Positions 9,249 to 19,900 of a stretch of DNA of 64,000 bases are shown here, one piece after another. Source of the stretch: a virus. The stretch lies in the IMG/VR virus record IMGVR_UViG_3300046824_000031, positions 1,191 through 65,190 of that record. One strand, written 5' to 3'. The translations under genes were made by a program, and so were the position numbers. Position 1 is the stretch's first letter; every line of letters starts with the position of its first letter. Below the pieces are notes generated by a model, which searched no databases, was not told the DNA's origin, and saw only the letters and a list, made by a program, of their open reading frames with translations.

Positions 9249-9638
9249 ATGCCTGAACAGCAACATCCTTTTGACGGGATAGCCGACGACCTCTTTGATT
9301 GGATGAATGGGGAAGTTGACTATCACGTCGAGGCGATGCGTGGGGGCTATCGGGATCCGTTCTCGGCTGCGACCAGTGAACGCGACAAGCTGGATTATTT
9401 CCGCCGGCAGATGTATAAGACCAAACCTGACGGGACGGTTCAGTTCGATCAGCCGAACCCCGAAGGACGTGATAAGATCCTGAAGCAGTATGGGACGCAG
9501 ACCTACGCTGAGATCATGGAGACGGTCAAGCCCAAGCAAGGGCTTCGCCCCCCTCCAGAACCTGAGCCGACGACTGATCCCATGCAGATGCCGATGCCAA
9601 CCATGCCTGAAGATACGGAGCCAGTGGAGCCGGTATAG
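9249..9638 (+). CDS. Hypothetical protein (virion module)
   Basis: ORF 9198..9638, likely start ATG 9249; coupled to the next gene. Confidence 0.65.
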   Translation: MPEQQHPFDGIADDLFDWMNGEVDYHVEAMRGGYRDPFSAATSERDKLDYFRRQMYKTKPDGTVQFDQPNPEGRDKILKQYGTQTYAEIMETVKPKQGLRPPPEPEPTTDPMQMPMPTMPEDTEPVEPV

Positions 9639-11335
9639 TGGCTAAGAAGGACGATTCGGCCGATAAGCTCTATAACCTTCAGGCCCAGCAACTCGCGGCT
9701 CAGGTTGCAAATTGGGCCGCGACGCTTGATTTCCAGAAGGAACGGTTCCGACTTCTGGAGATGCCCCAGTTCCAGGCGTCCACGCAGTTAGAAGTCGATA
9801 AGCTCGCGTGGCAGAAGGCTCAGGATACCTGGGAGAGATCCTTCCAGGAAGCTTCTGTTACCGGTATGTATCAGGGGCAACCGACCACCCAGTGGTTGAT
9901 GGATCAGGCCCGTCTGACTGGATCGTTCAACGGTCAGCAAACCCTGGAGGGCAAGCTTACTGACGCCCAAGTCCAGGATATGCACGACAAGATGAATCTG
10001 GCGAACGCCCAGTTTCTGGCTGGGGCTACGGGCTATCTCAATGGGCAGAAGACGTTTGATCGGGAGAAGTTCGAGGCAACCCAGGGGCTTGAGGGCTGGA
10101 AGTTTATCTCGTCCCTGACAGGTCCACAGAACGCCTTCAAGCAGGCCCGCGCTATCGGAAACATGCCAGGAGGCATGGCTGGATTGATGGGGGCCTACGC
10201 TGGGCAGTACATGCTCCCCTCAGGAACCTCAGTCGGAGCCGGTGGATACGGTGCAGCGAACACCGCCGGTCAGTTGTCCGACATGCTGCTCGGTGCTGGC
10301 AACGGCAACCCTCCTCCTCCCCCTCCTGGAGGGTTTGTTCCTCCGTATGCGACGCCTCAGTACAATCCGACCCAATACGGTCCTCAAGCACCGTTTGTTC
10401 CCGTGGCTCCGTACATACCTCCCCCTGGCACGCCCCCCGCCCCGCCGCCCGCCGCCGCTCCTCCCCCGCCCCCTACTTATACCGGTCCTCCTTGGGCGTC
10501 GTTCAATCCCATCCCTCGACCGAGTGATCCTGATTACGACGCGAGGAAGCCTCAGTGGGATGCGGCTCATCCTGGCTATACGCTGGATGGCTCGAATGTC
10601 GGATTCCATTCGGTCAATGGGGCGCCTATGCCTATACCCGAAGGGCCGCATATCACGGCGGCGGATATCGCTGCGGCGCAGGCGACGTGGGGAGCGAGCG
10701 GAGGGTATACGCTCCCCCCACCATCGCCGGGTTACGCCTCCCAAGCTCCTCAAGCGCAGGCTGCTGCCGCCCCAGGAGCGACGACAACGCCTGCATACGG
10801 CATCACCGATCCTGGATTCGATCCCAACGCGGCGGCGGTGCGACAGAGCTACATTAATGCTCTGCCGGAAGATCAGAAGTCGATGTATCGGCAGTACGCT
10901 GATCCTCAGATGAGTACGATTTACGCCCAGACGCAAGGTGGGTACAGCTATCAGGCCCCAGGGGTGCAGGCTCCGGTCAACGCCTACAACTACTCAACTG
11001 ACGGAACAGGTTCGGTTGGGGTCTATCCTCCTGGAGTGGCCTCCCCAGCCCACACGGCTGACGTGAGCAGCGTGGCTCCGATGTCTGCTTCGCAGGCAGC
11101 CCCCCTGGTCAATCAGCCCTATCAGTACGGTGGGGGATCTACTAGTATGGGTGGAACTGTCCCCCTTCCGAACCAGATCAACGCCCAGAACTACGGAAAT
11201 TCGTACGACTACCAGAAGGAGCTTCTCTGGGCGAACTACGAGGACCAGGGCTGGGATAAGGGGCTGGCTCAGGAAGCGTTTGCCAAGAGTTTGCCGAAGT
11301 ATCAAGGCATAACCAAGGGAAGCGTAGCTTTCTAG
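9638..11335 (+). CDS. Putative internal virion/ejection protein
   Basis: Q/A-rich helical N-half, Pro-rich middle, VYPPGV motif; start overlaps the upstream TAG. Confidence 0.6.
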   Translation: MAKKDDSADKLYNLQAQQLAAQVANWAATLDFQKERFRLLEMPQFQASTQLEVDKLAWQKAQDTWERSFQEASVTGMYQGQPTTQWLMDQARLTGSFNGQQTLEGKLTDAQVQDMHDKMNLANAQFLAGATGYLNGQKTFDREKFEATQGLEGWKFISSLTGPQNAFKQARAIGNMPGGMAGLMGAYAGQYMLPSGTSVGAGGYGAANTAGQLSDMLLGAGNGNPPPPPPGGFVPPYATPQYNPTQYGPQAPFVPVAPYIPPPGTPPAPPPAAAPPPPPTYTGPPWASFNPIPRPSDPDYDARKPQWDAAHPGYTLDGSNVGFHSVNGAPMPIPEGPHITAADIAAAQATWGASGGYTLPPPSPGYASQAPQAQAAAAPGATTTPAYGITDPGFDPNAAAVRQSYINALPEDQKSMYRQYADPQMSTIYAQTQGGYSYQAPGVQAPVNAYNYSTDGTGSVGVYPPGVASPAHTADVSSVAPMSASQAAPLVNQPYQYGGGSTSMGGTVPLPNQINAQNYGNSYDYQKELLWANYEDQGWDKGLAQEAFAKSLPKYQGITKGSVAF

Positions 11336-11351
11336 CCGGCCGTAGGGAGAT

Positions 11352-11753
11352 GTGATGGCGACATCGAACAAAGATATGGCCGATATGATGCGTCAGCGTC
11401 GTACGGCGATGGCTGATCTGCCGGCCTATGGGGGTCCACCATCTGAAGAGGTCTCGGAACCCTCCGATACCCCTACGGAAGAAGCGACAGAATTTACCGT
11501 GAAGGCTCCAGGGGAGCCTTCGACGGGCGAGGGCTTTGAATACGAGCCGATGTCGTCCAGTCCAGGGGCCTGGGTGGTCTATCCGCCTGGGGTTCCCTGC
11601 GATGACACGCAGTATCGGGTCACTATGACTGGTCCTGCGGCAGCATCAGACTTTGCTGGGATGGAGAAGGCCATCGAAGACGCAGGAGGATCCACCGGGG
11701 AGGCTCCTGAGTCTACGCCGAGTTCTCTGGACGAAGAGGGGAGTGAATACTAA
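11352..11753 (+). CDS. Acidic protein with VYPPGV module
   Basis: GGGAGA RBS; module shared with both neighbours. Confidence 0.65.
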   Translation: MMATSNKDMADMMRQRRTAMADLPAYGGPPSEEVSEPSDTPTEEATEFTVKAPGEPSTGEGFEYEPMSSSPGAWVVYPPGVPCDDTQYRVTMTGPAAASDFAGMEKAIEDAGGSTGEAPESTPSSLDEEGSEY

Positions 11754-12247
11754 TGGGACCGGACATGAACGCCTCAATCCGCCGAGCCGGGAATAGATCT
11801 CGGGTTTCTCCCCTCCCGAATATCGGACAGGATCCTATCCTGGCACCTGCGACGACTGCTCAGGCCATGCAGGGGGCGGGAGCGGCTGGTGCTGCGGGCG
11901 CAGCCCAACAGGTTCAGCAGGCCCCCAACCCGATGCAGCCGCAGGGCCAGATGCAGCCCAATCCCTACGCCGCGCCCAACATTCAACCGACGACGGCGAT
12001 GATGCACCCTCCTGGGGTACAGGCTGATCCGAACCAGTACAACTACGAACCGGAGGCTGATGGAGCGTGGCGGGTCTACCCCCCTGGTGTGCAGGCCCCG
12101 CCGAATATGCATCAAGCGTCTCTCCCCAGGGCAGCCAGCACAGCCGATTATCGTAGAATGCAGCAGGCATTCCAGCAGCCTCAGATGCAGCCGAACGCCA
12201 ACCCGATGCAGCCCGCTGCGCCGATGGCTCCGATTCCAGGCTACTAA
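11753..12247 (+). CDS. Q/P-rich protein with VYPPGV module
   Basis: TAATG coupling; module shared with upstream genes. Confidence 0.65.
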   Translation: MGPDMNASIRRAGNRSRVSPLPNIGQDPILAPATTAQAMQGAGAAGAAGAAQQVQQAPNPMQPQGQMQPNPYAAPNIQPTTAMMHPPGVQADPNQYNYEPEADGAWRVYPPGVQAPPNMHQASLPRAASTADYRRMQQAFQQPQMQPNANPMQPAAPMAPIPGY

Positions 12248-12262
12248 GGCGAGGATCGTCAG

Positions 12263-15200
12263 ATGTCATCGTTCTGGAAGAACTTCCCCCCAGGTTGGTT
12301 TGCCTATGACGAGTGGGACGATGTCTCCGGTGAGCTTCATGGGGGTGGCGGTGGGGACGACGACGACGACGACGACGATGACGACGATGATGATGATGAC
12401 GACGATGACGGTGGTGGGGGAGGCGGTGGCGGTGGCGGGGACAACCACGATGAAGGAGATGGCGACGGGGGCGTAGATTTTAGCTGGGGTGGGGACAACA
12501 ACAACGATAACGGTGGTGGGGATAACTTCGACAACGGTGACTCGAACGACTTCGGGGTTAGTAACCGGAGTCGGATGGATGATAACCGTCAGAAGCAACA
12601 GGACGAGGATCGACGCCGACAGCAAGATCAGCAGGAAGCAGAACGCCAGCGTCAGATAAATGAACAGCGCCGCCAGATCGATGAACAACGGCAGCGCATG
12701 GATGAAGAACAGCGCCGTCAGGAAGAGCAGCGTCAGCAAGAAGACCGCGATGGCGACGGTATCCCTGATGCTGGGACGCTGACCTCTCCTGACTCTGGGA
12801 GTCCCGCTGGGGCAGATGTCTCTCAGAATCTCCAGCAGGAGTTCATCGACTACGGAGCGGAGCGCCAGAAGCAGGAGGCGCTCTTTGATCCGAAGAGCCC
12901 TGACTGGCTTCTGACTTCGGGACCAGCCTATAAGCCTCCGGTCACTCTGGTCCGACCTCAGAGCAGCCCAGTCCATCCTGCCCTCCCCGAGCATGTCTTT
13001 GATGTAGCTCCTGACCCGGCTATTCCTCAGGTCGCGGCCACGGCTGCGGCGACGGCGGCTGCTAATGCAGGAGGATCCCCTGAGGACATTGCTCATACCG
13101 CTGAGACGGCAGCCAGGATGGCCTCTGACCGGCAGACCCTGGCCCAGCAGAGTTCTTGGACCCGCGCAGCCTTCAGGAGTACCTATGGCGCGGACGCTGA
13201 TACTCAGTGGCTTCGACAGCATCAAGCTGAACTCGCTCGCAATCGAGATCTCTACGGTTCTTCAGAACCGCGAGCGGGAGCGGCTCCACTGGCGAATACT
13301 CCAGCAGGGACACCAGTGGCTCCTGATCGTCGGATCGGACGGACGCCGCCTCCGCAGCCTGGGCAGACGGCTCAGTATGGCATCAACAGCGGAAGTGCAA
13401 CCGGAGCACCAGTTCAGGCTACCGCCCCTGGCGCCGCTCAAACAGCACGTGCAGCACCGGCTGGGGTAACGGCTCCTGCTGCGACTGGGCCAGCCCCCGC
13501 TCCAGGGGCTGCTGCTCCAGGAGCGCGGACGCCTGGAGGATTCTCTCCAGGCGAGACAACCGCCGATACGATGATCCAGCCCACGGATTATCTGACCGTC
13601 GAAGACACGACCAGTGGGACCAAGAGACTGATCCGTGGGAGCGACTGGCCGAAGTTCAATCAGCCAGTGTCTCCAACGATCCCCAGCCCCTGGCGGCTTA
13701 TAAAAGTTGAGCCAGAGACTTCGCCTCAGAACATGCCGGCTAATCCCTCGGGGACAGAAGATCTGACGCCGATCACACCTATCAAGGCGCCAACGACGCT
13801 TCCAGGAGCCTATACGGGAGCTACTGAGGGTCCATCCCGAGAGCGTGGTACTCTGCCCGGTGCTATACATGCTCCCGAAGGACCATCCCACGAACGAGAT
13901 GCGATGCCTGGGGCCATATACCCTCCCGAGGGACCATCCCACGAACGAGATACGATGCCTGGAGTGGTGCCCCCACCAGAAGGATCCTCCCGAGAACGAG
14001 GTACGCTCCCTGGGGTGGTAGCTCCCTCTGAACCTTCTCCAGAACCTGCGGCTCCTGCCCCTGAGCAGTACTACCCTGATGATGTCCTGACGATTCAGAA
14101 GGGGAACGATCCGCTGACGCAGGAGGATCTCTCTCGGTCGGAGTGGGAGGATCGGATTCGATCCAGGCCCGATTACGCCGATGCCTGGAACGTCATCAAC
14201 GCTCGAACCTCGTCGCAGAGACAGTTCCAGAACCTGCCTCCTTCGTCCTATGAGCCCACCCAGGGATCCTATGAGCCTGCCTCCTGGCATGCTCGAACTG
14301 GAACAGGTGATGATGGATTCTATCGAGGACCGGGAGCGGCGGCGAATGCTTCGACCGATCCAGGATTCCTTCGAGGGCCAGAGGCCCCGCCGGCTCGAAC
14401 CCGACCAGGGTATCCCAATATTGAACTTCTCTCCAGCACCGACACGGCCCTTACTCCAGGCCTGGGCACTGCCGAGCCAGCCTACCGTGACCCGGTCACA
14501 GCGGCTATTAGAACCACGCGGCCCCTCGCTGCGCTGGCATCTCTGGCAGCGACGGAGAAGGGTCCAGGCTATGACGCTAGCCAGGACGCCTTTCACATCG
14601 CGAATGGCATCGCTGCGATGCTACGCGGGGATCGTGACGAGACAGGAAAGCCTATCGTCTGGGCTGAGCCTTATCTGAACGATGTGGCACGACTCGCCTG
14701 GAGCCGTGAAGAGGCTCAGAACGGGCGGGAATCTGATCCCCGTAAAGCTCCGGTTGAGTACGTCGAGAAGTGGAAGGACGCCTTCTACGGGGCGGATGAG
14801 AAAGTCCCGCTGGTCAAAGAGATTCAGCAGGAGATGATCGACAACGCTGCTGCGAGAACCCCACCAGGGAAGCCCTTCCAGTGGCAGGATGCCTACGGCC
14901 CCACGGGGGAGAAGGGGTTGATCTCGCATCAGGTTGATCTGGTGGACTGCGGTCCGAATGCCTTCTCAACTATCTTGCGGTCCCGAGGGTACAACGCCGA
15001 TCCCAGGCAGACATTCAACTTCGCTATTGACCGGGGCTACCATTCGAGTCGCTTGATGGCGAACGGAAAGTACTCAGACGGAGAGTTCTCTGGTCCCGAT
15101 AACATGGTGCGGATGCTCAAGGATGAGGCTGGTCTTCAAGCCTCTTCCGCTCCCATCAGTCCTGATGGGAAGGGCTGGGAGAAGGTTGATTCGGAGCTAG

Positions 15201-16711
15201 CAGCAGGCCGACCGGTAATGCTGTCGTCTCCTGGACACTACTGGGTGATTTCGTCGAAAGATCCGAACACGGGTAAGTACTACGCCGGTGGAACAACGCT
15301 CACGAGTGAGCAGCCCTGGTTGACTCGGGGAGGATTCACGTATAGGGGGGCGGCAAACACCGCCATCTTCACCAATGGGGACGTGGATCCAAACTCGCGC
15401 GCTGTCAAGGCTATGAACCTGAAGCCTCCGCAGATGGGGCAGCCGAACACGCGACCGCTGTTGTCAGGTCAGACGGAGTTCGCCCCGCCAGCCCCGAGCA
15501 GGAATGGCCCGCAGCCGATGAGCGCGCCTGACACGCAGACGGTTGATTGGATCAAATCTCCTGGGGCTCAGAAGATCCCAGAACCGTACCGGCCTATGGT
15601 GGTGTTGGCTGCGACTTCAGAAGGCGTTGATCCCGACTGGGTCACCGCCATCATGATGCAGGAGTCGAAGGGAGATCCGACGGCGATCTCCCCGAAGGGC
15701 GCGTCTGGGCTGATGCAGTTGATCCCGTCAACAGCGAGATCAGTCGGCGTCACTGATCCAATGGATCCCGCCCAGAGCATTCGGGGTGGGGCACGGTACT
15801 TCAAGCAGATGCTCGATCTGCATGGGGGCGATCCGAAGCTGGCGCTTGCAGCCTATAATGCCGGTCCTGGTGCGGTCAAGCAGTACGGCGGTATTCCTCC
15901 CTACGCTGAGACGCAACACTATGTCAACGTAGTTACCGGAAACTATAATCAGATTAAGGCTGAGCGGGGAGAACATCAACGGGGACCAGTGGCCCCTGAC
16001 ATGCTCTACAAGTCTCCAGCAGATAGACTCGGAGAGCGGGTCATGGACTCCTGGAAGGCTGAGACTCCTGAAGGGGATCCCCGAGCGTCTGTGGAGCAGG
16101 GGGATCCAGGATCGTATGGTGGTCCTCGCCAGTTGGCTCCACTTGCGGAACGGGCCATGCAAGAGAACCCCTGGGATCCTGATCCTGCGGCTCAGGAAGC
16201 TAGGCACGCGGGTATGCGAGCCTTTATTGATATGTCTCCAGAGGAACGGAGCGCGATCTACGATGAGTCTATCGACAGAGCACTCACCGAAGAAGGAATT
16301 ACTGATCCGGCTGAGAAGGAGTACTGGAAGCGGAACATGAAATTGGTTTCGACAGGGGATCGCTCCTTCCCTGGGGAGAACCCTGGGCTCAATCCCTTCA
16401 TGATGGCGGGGGAGAATAGAGGGACGCCGCTGTATGCTTCAAGTACTGAGGATAAGTCGGCTCGATCTAATGAATTGAACTCTGCGGCAATGGGGTACTA
16501 TCAGTTCATCATCCATGACCCCGTAGATCCGAAGAAGGATCCGTACGGTCATAAGCGATTCATTCCGCCCGACGCGAACTTCTTTGACCCGGTAACCCAG
16601 CATCGAATGTTCATCCGAGCCATTAGAAATCCTGGGTCAAAACATCATGGCGATCCCGCCAGCGTAGTTCGAGAGAAGCGGGAACGTTCCGATCACACCT
16701 GGGGGCCATAA
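12263..16711 (+). CDS. 1482-aa virion protein: low-complexity N-terminus, C39-like peptidase, lytic transglycosylase (SLT), second lysozyme-like domain
   Basis: DCGPNAFSTIL..GHYWVISSKD (Cys-His-Asp); MQESKGDPTAISPKGASGLMQLIP..YNAGPG (SLT); ENPGLNP..AMGYYQFI. Confidence 0.8.
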   Translation: MSSFWKNFPPGWFAYDEWDDVSGELHGGGGGDDDDDDDDDDDDDDDDDDGGGGGGGGGGDNHDEGDGDGGVDFSWGGDNNNDNGGGDNFDNGDSNDFGVSNRSRMDDNRQKQQDEDRRRQQDQQEAERQRQINEQRRQIDEQRQRMDEEQRRQEEQRQQEDRDGDGIPDAGTLTSPDSGSPAGADVSQNLQQEFIDYGAERQKQEALFDPKSPDWLLTSGPAYKPPVTLVRPQSSPVHPALPEHVFDVAPDPAIPQVAATAAATAAANAGGSPEDIAHTAETAARMASDRQTLAQQSSWTRAAFRSTYGADADTQWLRQHQAELARNRDLYGSSEPRAGAAPLANTPAGTPVAPDRRIGRTPPPQPGQTAQYGINSGSATGAPVQATAPGAAQTARAAPAGVTAPAATGPAPAPGAAAPGARTPGGFSPGETTADTMIQPTDYLTVEDTTSGTKRLIRGSDWPKFNQPVSPTIPSPWRLIKVEPETSPQNMPANPSGTEDLTPITPIKAPTTLPGAYTGATEGPSRERGTLPGAIHAPEGPSHERDAMPGAIYPPEGPSHERDTMPGVVPPPEGSSRERGTLPGVVAPSEPSPEPAAPAPEQYYPDDVLTIQKGNDPLTQEDLSRSEWEDRIRSRPDYADAWNVINARTSSQRQFQNLPPSSYEPTQGSYEPASWHARTGTGDDGFYRGPGAAANASTDPGFLRGPEAPPARTRPGYPNIELLSSTDTALTPGLGTAEPAYRDPVTAAIRTTRPLAALASLAATEKGPGYDASQDAFHIANGIAAMLRGDRDETGKPIVWAEPYLNDVARLAWSREEAQNGRESDPRKAPVEYVEKWKDAFYGADEKVPLVKEIQQEMIDNAAARTPPGKPFQWQDAYGPTGEKGLISHQVDLVDCGPNAFSTILRSRGYNADPRQTFNFAIDRGYHSSRLMANGKYSDGEFSGPDNMVRMLKDEAGLQASSAPISPDGKGWEKVDSELAAGRPVMLSSPGHYWVISSKDPNTGKYYAGGTTLTSEQPWLTRGGFTYRGAANTAIFTNGDVDPNSRAVKAMNLKPPQMGQPNTRPLLSGQTEFAPPAPSRNGPQPMSAPDTQTVDWIKSPGAQKIPEPYRPMVVLAATSEGVDPDWVTAIMMQESKGDPTAISPKGASGLMQLIPSTARSVGVTDPMDPAQSIRGGARYFKQMLDLHGGDPKLALAAYNAGPGAVKQYGGIPPYAETQHYVNVVTGNYNQIKAERGEHQRGPVAPDMLYKSPADRLGERVMDSWKAETPEGDPRASVEQGDPGSYGGPRQLAPLAERAMQENPWDPDPAAQEARHAGMRAFIDMSPEERSAIYDESIDRALTEEGITDPAEKEYWKRNMKLVSTGDRSFPGENPGLNPFMMAGENRGTPLYASSTEDKSARSNELNSAAMGYYQFIIHDPVDPKKDPYGHKRFIPPDANFFDPVTQHRMFIRAIRNPGSKHHGDPASVVREKRERSDHTWGP
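12355..12440 (+). repeat. GAC/GAT (poly-Asp, 18) and GGN (poly-Gly) codon tracts
   Basis: Directly visible; in frame within the 1482-aa gene. Confidence 0.9.
13790..14030 (+). repeat. 51-bp (17-aa) coding tandem repeat, ~4.5 copies
   Basis: EGPSxERxTxPGxxxxx units starting at 13826, 13877, 13928, 13979. Confidence 0.9.
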
Positions 16712-16989
16712 TGAGCGTAGATCCGCAGAGCGGGCCGTCCTATCAGTATCCGGCTGATAGTGCTCCTACCCGACCAGAGCCGGTAGATCCAGGGTTCTAT
16801 GCCCCCGCCTCGGCCACCCCTGACGAGGACATCAGCCCCCTGCATGTCACTCCGGCTGGTCAGGAGTGGATTAGGCGCAACGTGATCGACCAGGACTACG
16901 TGATAGACTGGGGAACACGGGAAGTCATTGATCCTGAGACTGGCGAGGTCAAGGGGACGGTGCCCTCGCAGGTTCCGAAGGTGATCTAA
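16711..16989 (+). CDS. Hypothetical protein
   Basis: TAATG coupling; ends IDPETGEVKG. Confidence 0.6.
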   Translation: MSVDPQSGPSYQYPADSAPTRPEPVDPGFYAPASATPDEDISPLHVTPAGQEWIRRNVIDQDYVIDWGTREVIDPETGEVKGTVPSQVPKVI

Positions 16990-19900
16990 GTGCCTAGACT
17001 CCCAGACGTGCGCCTAGATGACTGGTGGAATGACCAGCAGCAGCAGTTCCGTGAGAAGACGGAAGGGTTGATGCCGGCCCTGGAGTTTGAGCTTCAGGGT
17101 CGCATGGACGAAGCCCAGATCCCCCCTGACTACGATGCCCCAGGCGGCATGGACCAGTGGAAGCAGGCCGAGCAGAGCCTGATGGAGCGGGGCCTCGCTG
17201 TCGATCAGAAGGCTGAAGAGGAACGCCGTCGTCAGGAAGAAGAACAACTCCAGGAACAACTCCGGCTAGAGCAGGCGCAGGCACAGCAGAAGCAGCAGGA
17301 CGAAGAGCATCAGCGCGAGATGTCCATGCTGGACCAGGCGAGAAGCCTGGGCATCCCCACCCCTGAAGACGCCTTCAAAGACTTTCAGGAGCCGGGAGAT
17401 CATACCAGCACGACGGGGATTTTCGATCAGGGTTCTTCCCCTGTAGATCAGTTCAACGCTCATGCCGGTTCGATGATGAGCGACGTATTTGGCTCTCCCC
17501 CAGATCCCGATCAGACGCAGCCCCCTCCGAGAGACGACACTAGTTCCTCCGGCATTCTAGATCAGCGGTCGTATTGGACGCCGACTGCCCGAGAGTCCGA
17601 AGGGATGGGGCCTGCCGTAGGTCCAGAGTTCTTGCCTGAGGGGATCAGGCGAGCGGCAGGGGTAGCGACCAGAGCCGTAACGGGTGCGGCTCGTGCTGAA
17701 CCTGCTGGTCCCGAATGGCTTCCTGGGGGTGTTCGGCAGGCGGTCGGGTCGTTCGGCGCGGCCATGGAGCCGCTGCAGGCTGTCGATGATTACCGGAGTG
17801 CGAGACTCGATCCGCAGACCTGGGCATTCGCCCATGACGGTATCGCCAGGACCGAGCTTGATCCGGGCGAGCTTGAACGGTGGAACGACCTTCAGGGATC
17901 GCTCAGTGCTGAAGGCGGGCGCAAGTACGCCTATGTGACGCCTGAGGAACAAGCGGAGATCGATCGCATCACGGGGAAGGTCGATCGCATCTATCAGTCG
18001 ATCAAGGACGATCCCGACAAGCTCAACGATTACGCGAAAGCATCGCCAGCGTACGAAGCTACCCGAATGATAACGGGGACGGTGCTGGGTGGAGCCCTGG
18101 GCAACGTCGTCGGCGGCGCTGCTGGCAGTGCCGCGCGTGGTCTCGGGGCCGGTCATCGTGCGATCAAGGCCGCTGAGTACGCTGGTGATATCGCCGCGCA
18201 GACGGCGTTCGATCCGACCACGCCGGCTATACAGCCGTTGGGCGATCTGGCTATCAAAGGTCTCGGGGCCGGGGTACGCGGCACCCGAGGCGTGCTGGGC
18301 CGTGCAGGCGAAGCGCTCGTTCGCTCCGCTGATGATGTTCCTGCGGATGTACAGCGTCTAGGATCAGGTGCTGTTCCTGAATTGGGGGAATCTATTCCTC
18401 CTCATAAGGGGGGATCGACGTGGTATCACGGCTCACGTTCCGATTTCCCCTACTTTGATCCTGATAAATTTGATCCTGATGGTGACTGGGGTCCAGGAGC
18501 ATATCTCACGAGTGATGCAGATACGGCGGGTATTTTTGCTGCTGATAACATGGTAGATGCTGCCGAAGGCGGCAACGTTCGGAAGATCGGTCTGCCGAAG
18601 AAGATCAATCTCATCAATGGAGATAAGCCGCTGGATGCTACAGAGGCTGGGGAAGCAGCCCTCAAGAATATCAATACGGTTTTCCAGGAAGCGTTTGGAA
18701 AGTCGCCACTCAAAGAATCCTGGAGAAGTTTCCCGTATCCATTCGATATGCAGTACGCGGCATTGGTTAGAGCCGCTGATGGAGATAAAACCTTTGTCAA
18801 TGGAATTTTGTCGGATGCCGGATATGATGGAGTTCGTTGGCGCTATGAAGGAGCGGAAGGTAGATTCAAACCGGCAGTAGTTGTATTCGAACCCTCCCTC
18901 GCGAAGATGCGGAATGAATTCTCCGGTACTGCTGGAGGTTCTGGGGTTATTCCGAATCTCCGTCGGCCGTTGTTCAATGCCGCGCAGGGTGGTGTCATCG
19001 GTGCGGTGAGTGAACCGCTCGAATACGACGAGGAAGGTCGACCGATAAACAGCGCGAGTCGACTTCGGAATATAGGCATCGGGGCCGGGCTGGCGATGCT
19101 GGCAGGCTCCCGAGGCGCTCGTCGGGTCGCCGGTAGAGCCTTGCAGGCGGTCGGATCTGGTGTAGTCCCTGAAGGCGGGGCAGGTAAGGTCGATGTTGAG
19201 GGGATGATTCAGGCTATCAGGCAGATGCGGATAGCTGGGGCTACTGACGACGTGATTCTGGGGGCTGAACGGCATCTCGCAGAGAACACCGATCTCACCC
19301 TCCCTGACGTACAGGCCAGGACACGAGAGATGGTGTCGGCTACCCCCTCTGAACCTCTTCCACGGGAGACGGCTCCTCCTTCCGTGGAGGAGCCTTCCCC
19401 TTCGCCGTATAGCGGGGGGACTCGGGCGTCGCTACCGACTGAGTCCACCCCCTATACGCGGGGGCTGACGACCGAAGAAGCTGAGCAGATGGGGCTGCCT
19501 GGGTTTGAGAACGTTCCGAGAACGGAGACCCCGCAGCCACGACAGGGAATCCGAGGATTTGGGACCGTTCCTCAGGATATGTCTGAAGACACTGAGCGGG
19601 GGATCAGGGGAGTAGCCGGTGAAGCAGCCCGAGAGCGTGCGCCCTATACGCTCCAGCAGCAGGCTGAGGATGTTGGCGCTCTTCTGGATGCTGACCCTGA
19701 GGCCATCAAGCCGATTCTGGGCAGAGCCCTGCTCGCCTCCCCGCAGGCCAGTGCCATTGAGCAGGGTATGCTCCGAGAAAACTCCCGAACCTGGGGAGAT
19801 GCCTGGGCAAAAGCCCGACAGAACTGGGTTGATATCCAGGAAGAGATCGCAGACCTAACCCGAAATGGCCGGGTGATCCCTGATGACGTGGCAGAAGAGG

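Noticed and set aside
12740-12775. DRDGDG as an N4-like virion RNA polymerase DxDGD motif
   Set aside because: It lies in a disordered Q/E/R region with no other RNAP motifs; a Ca-binding-like loop is more likely
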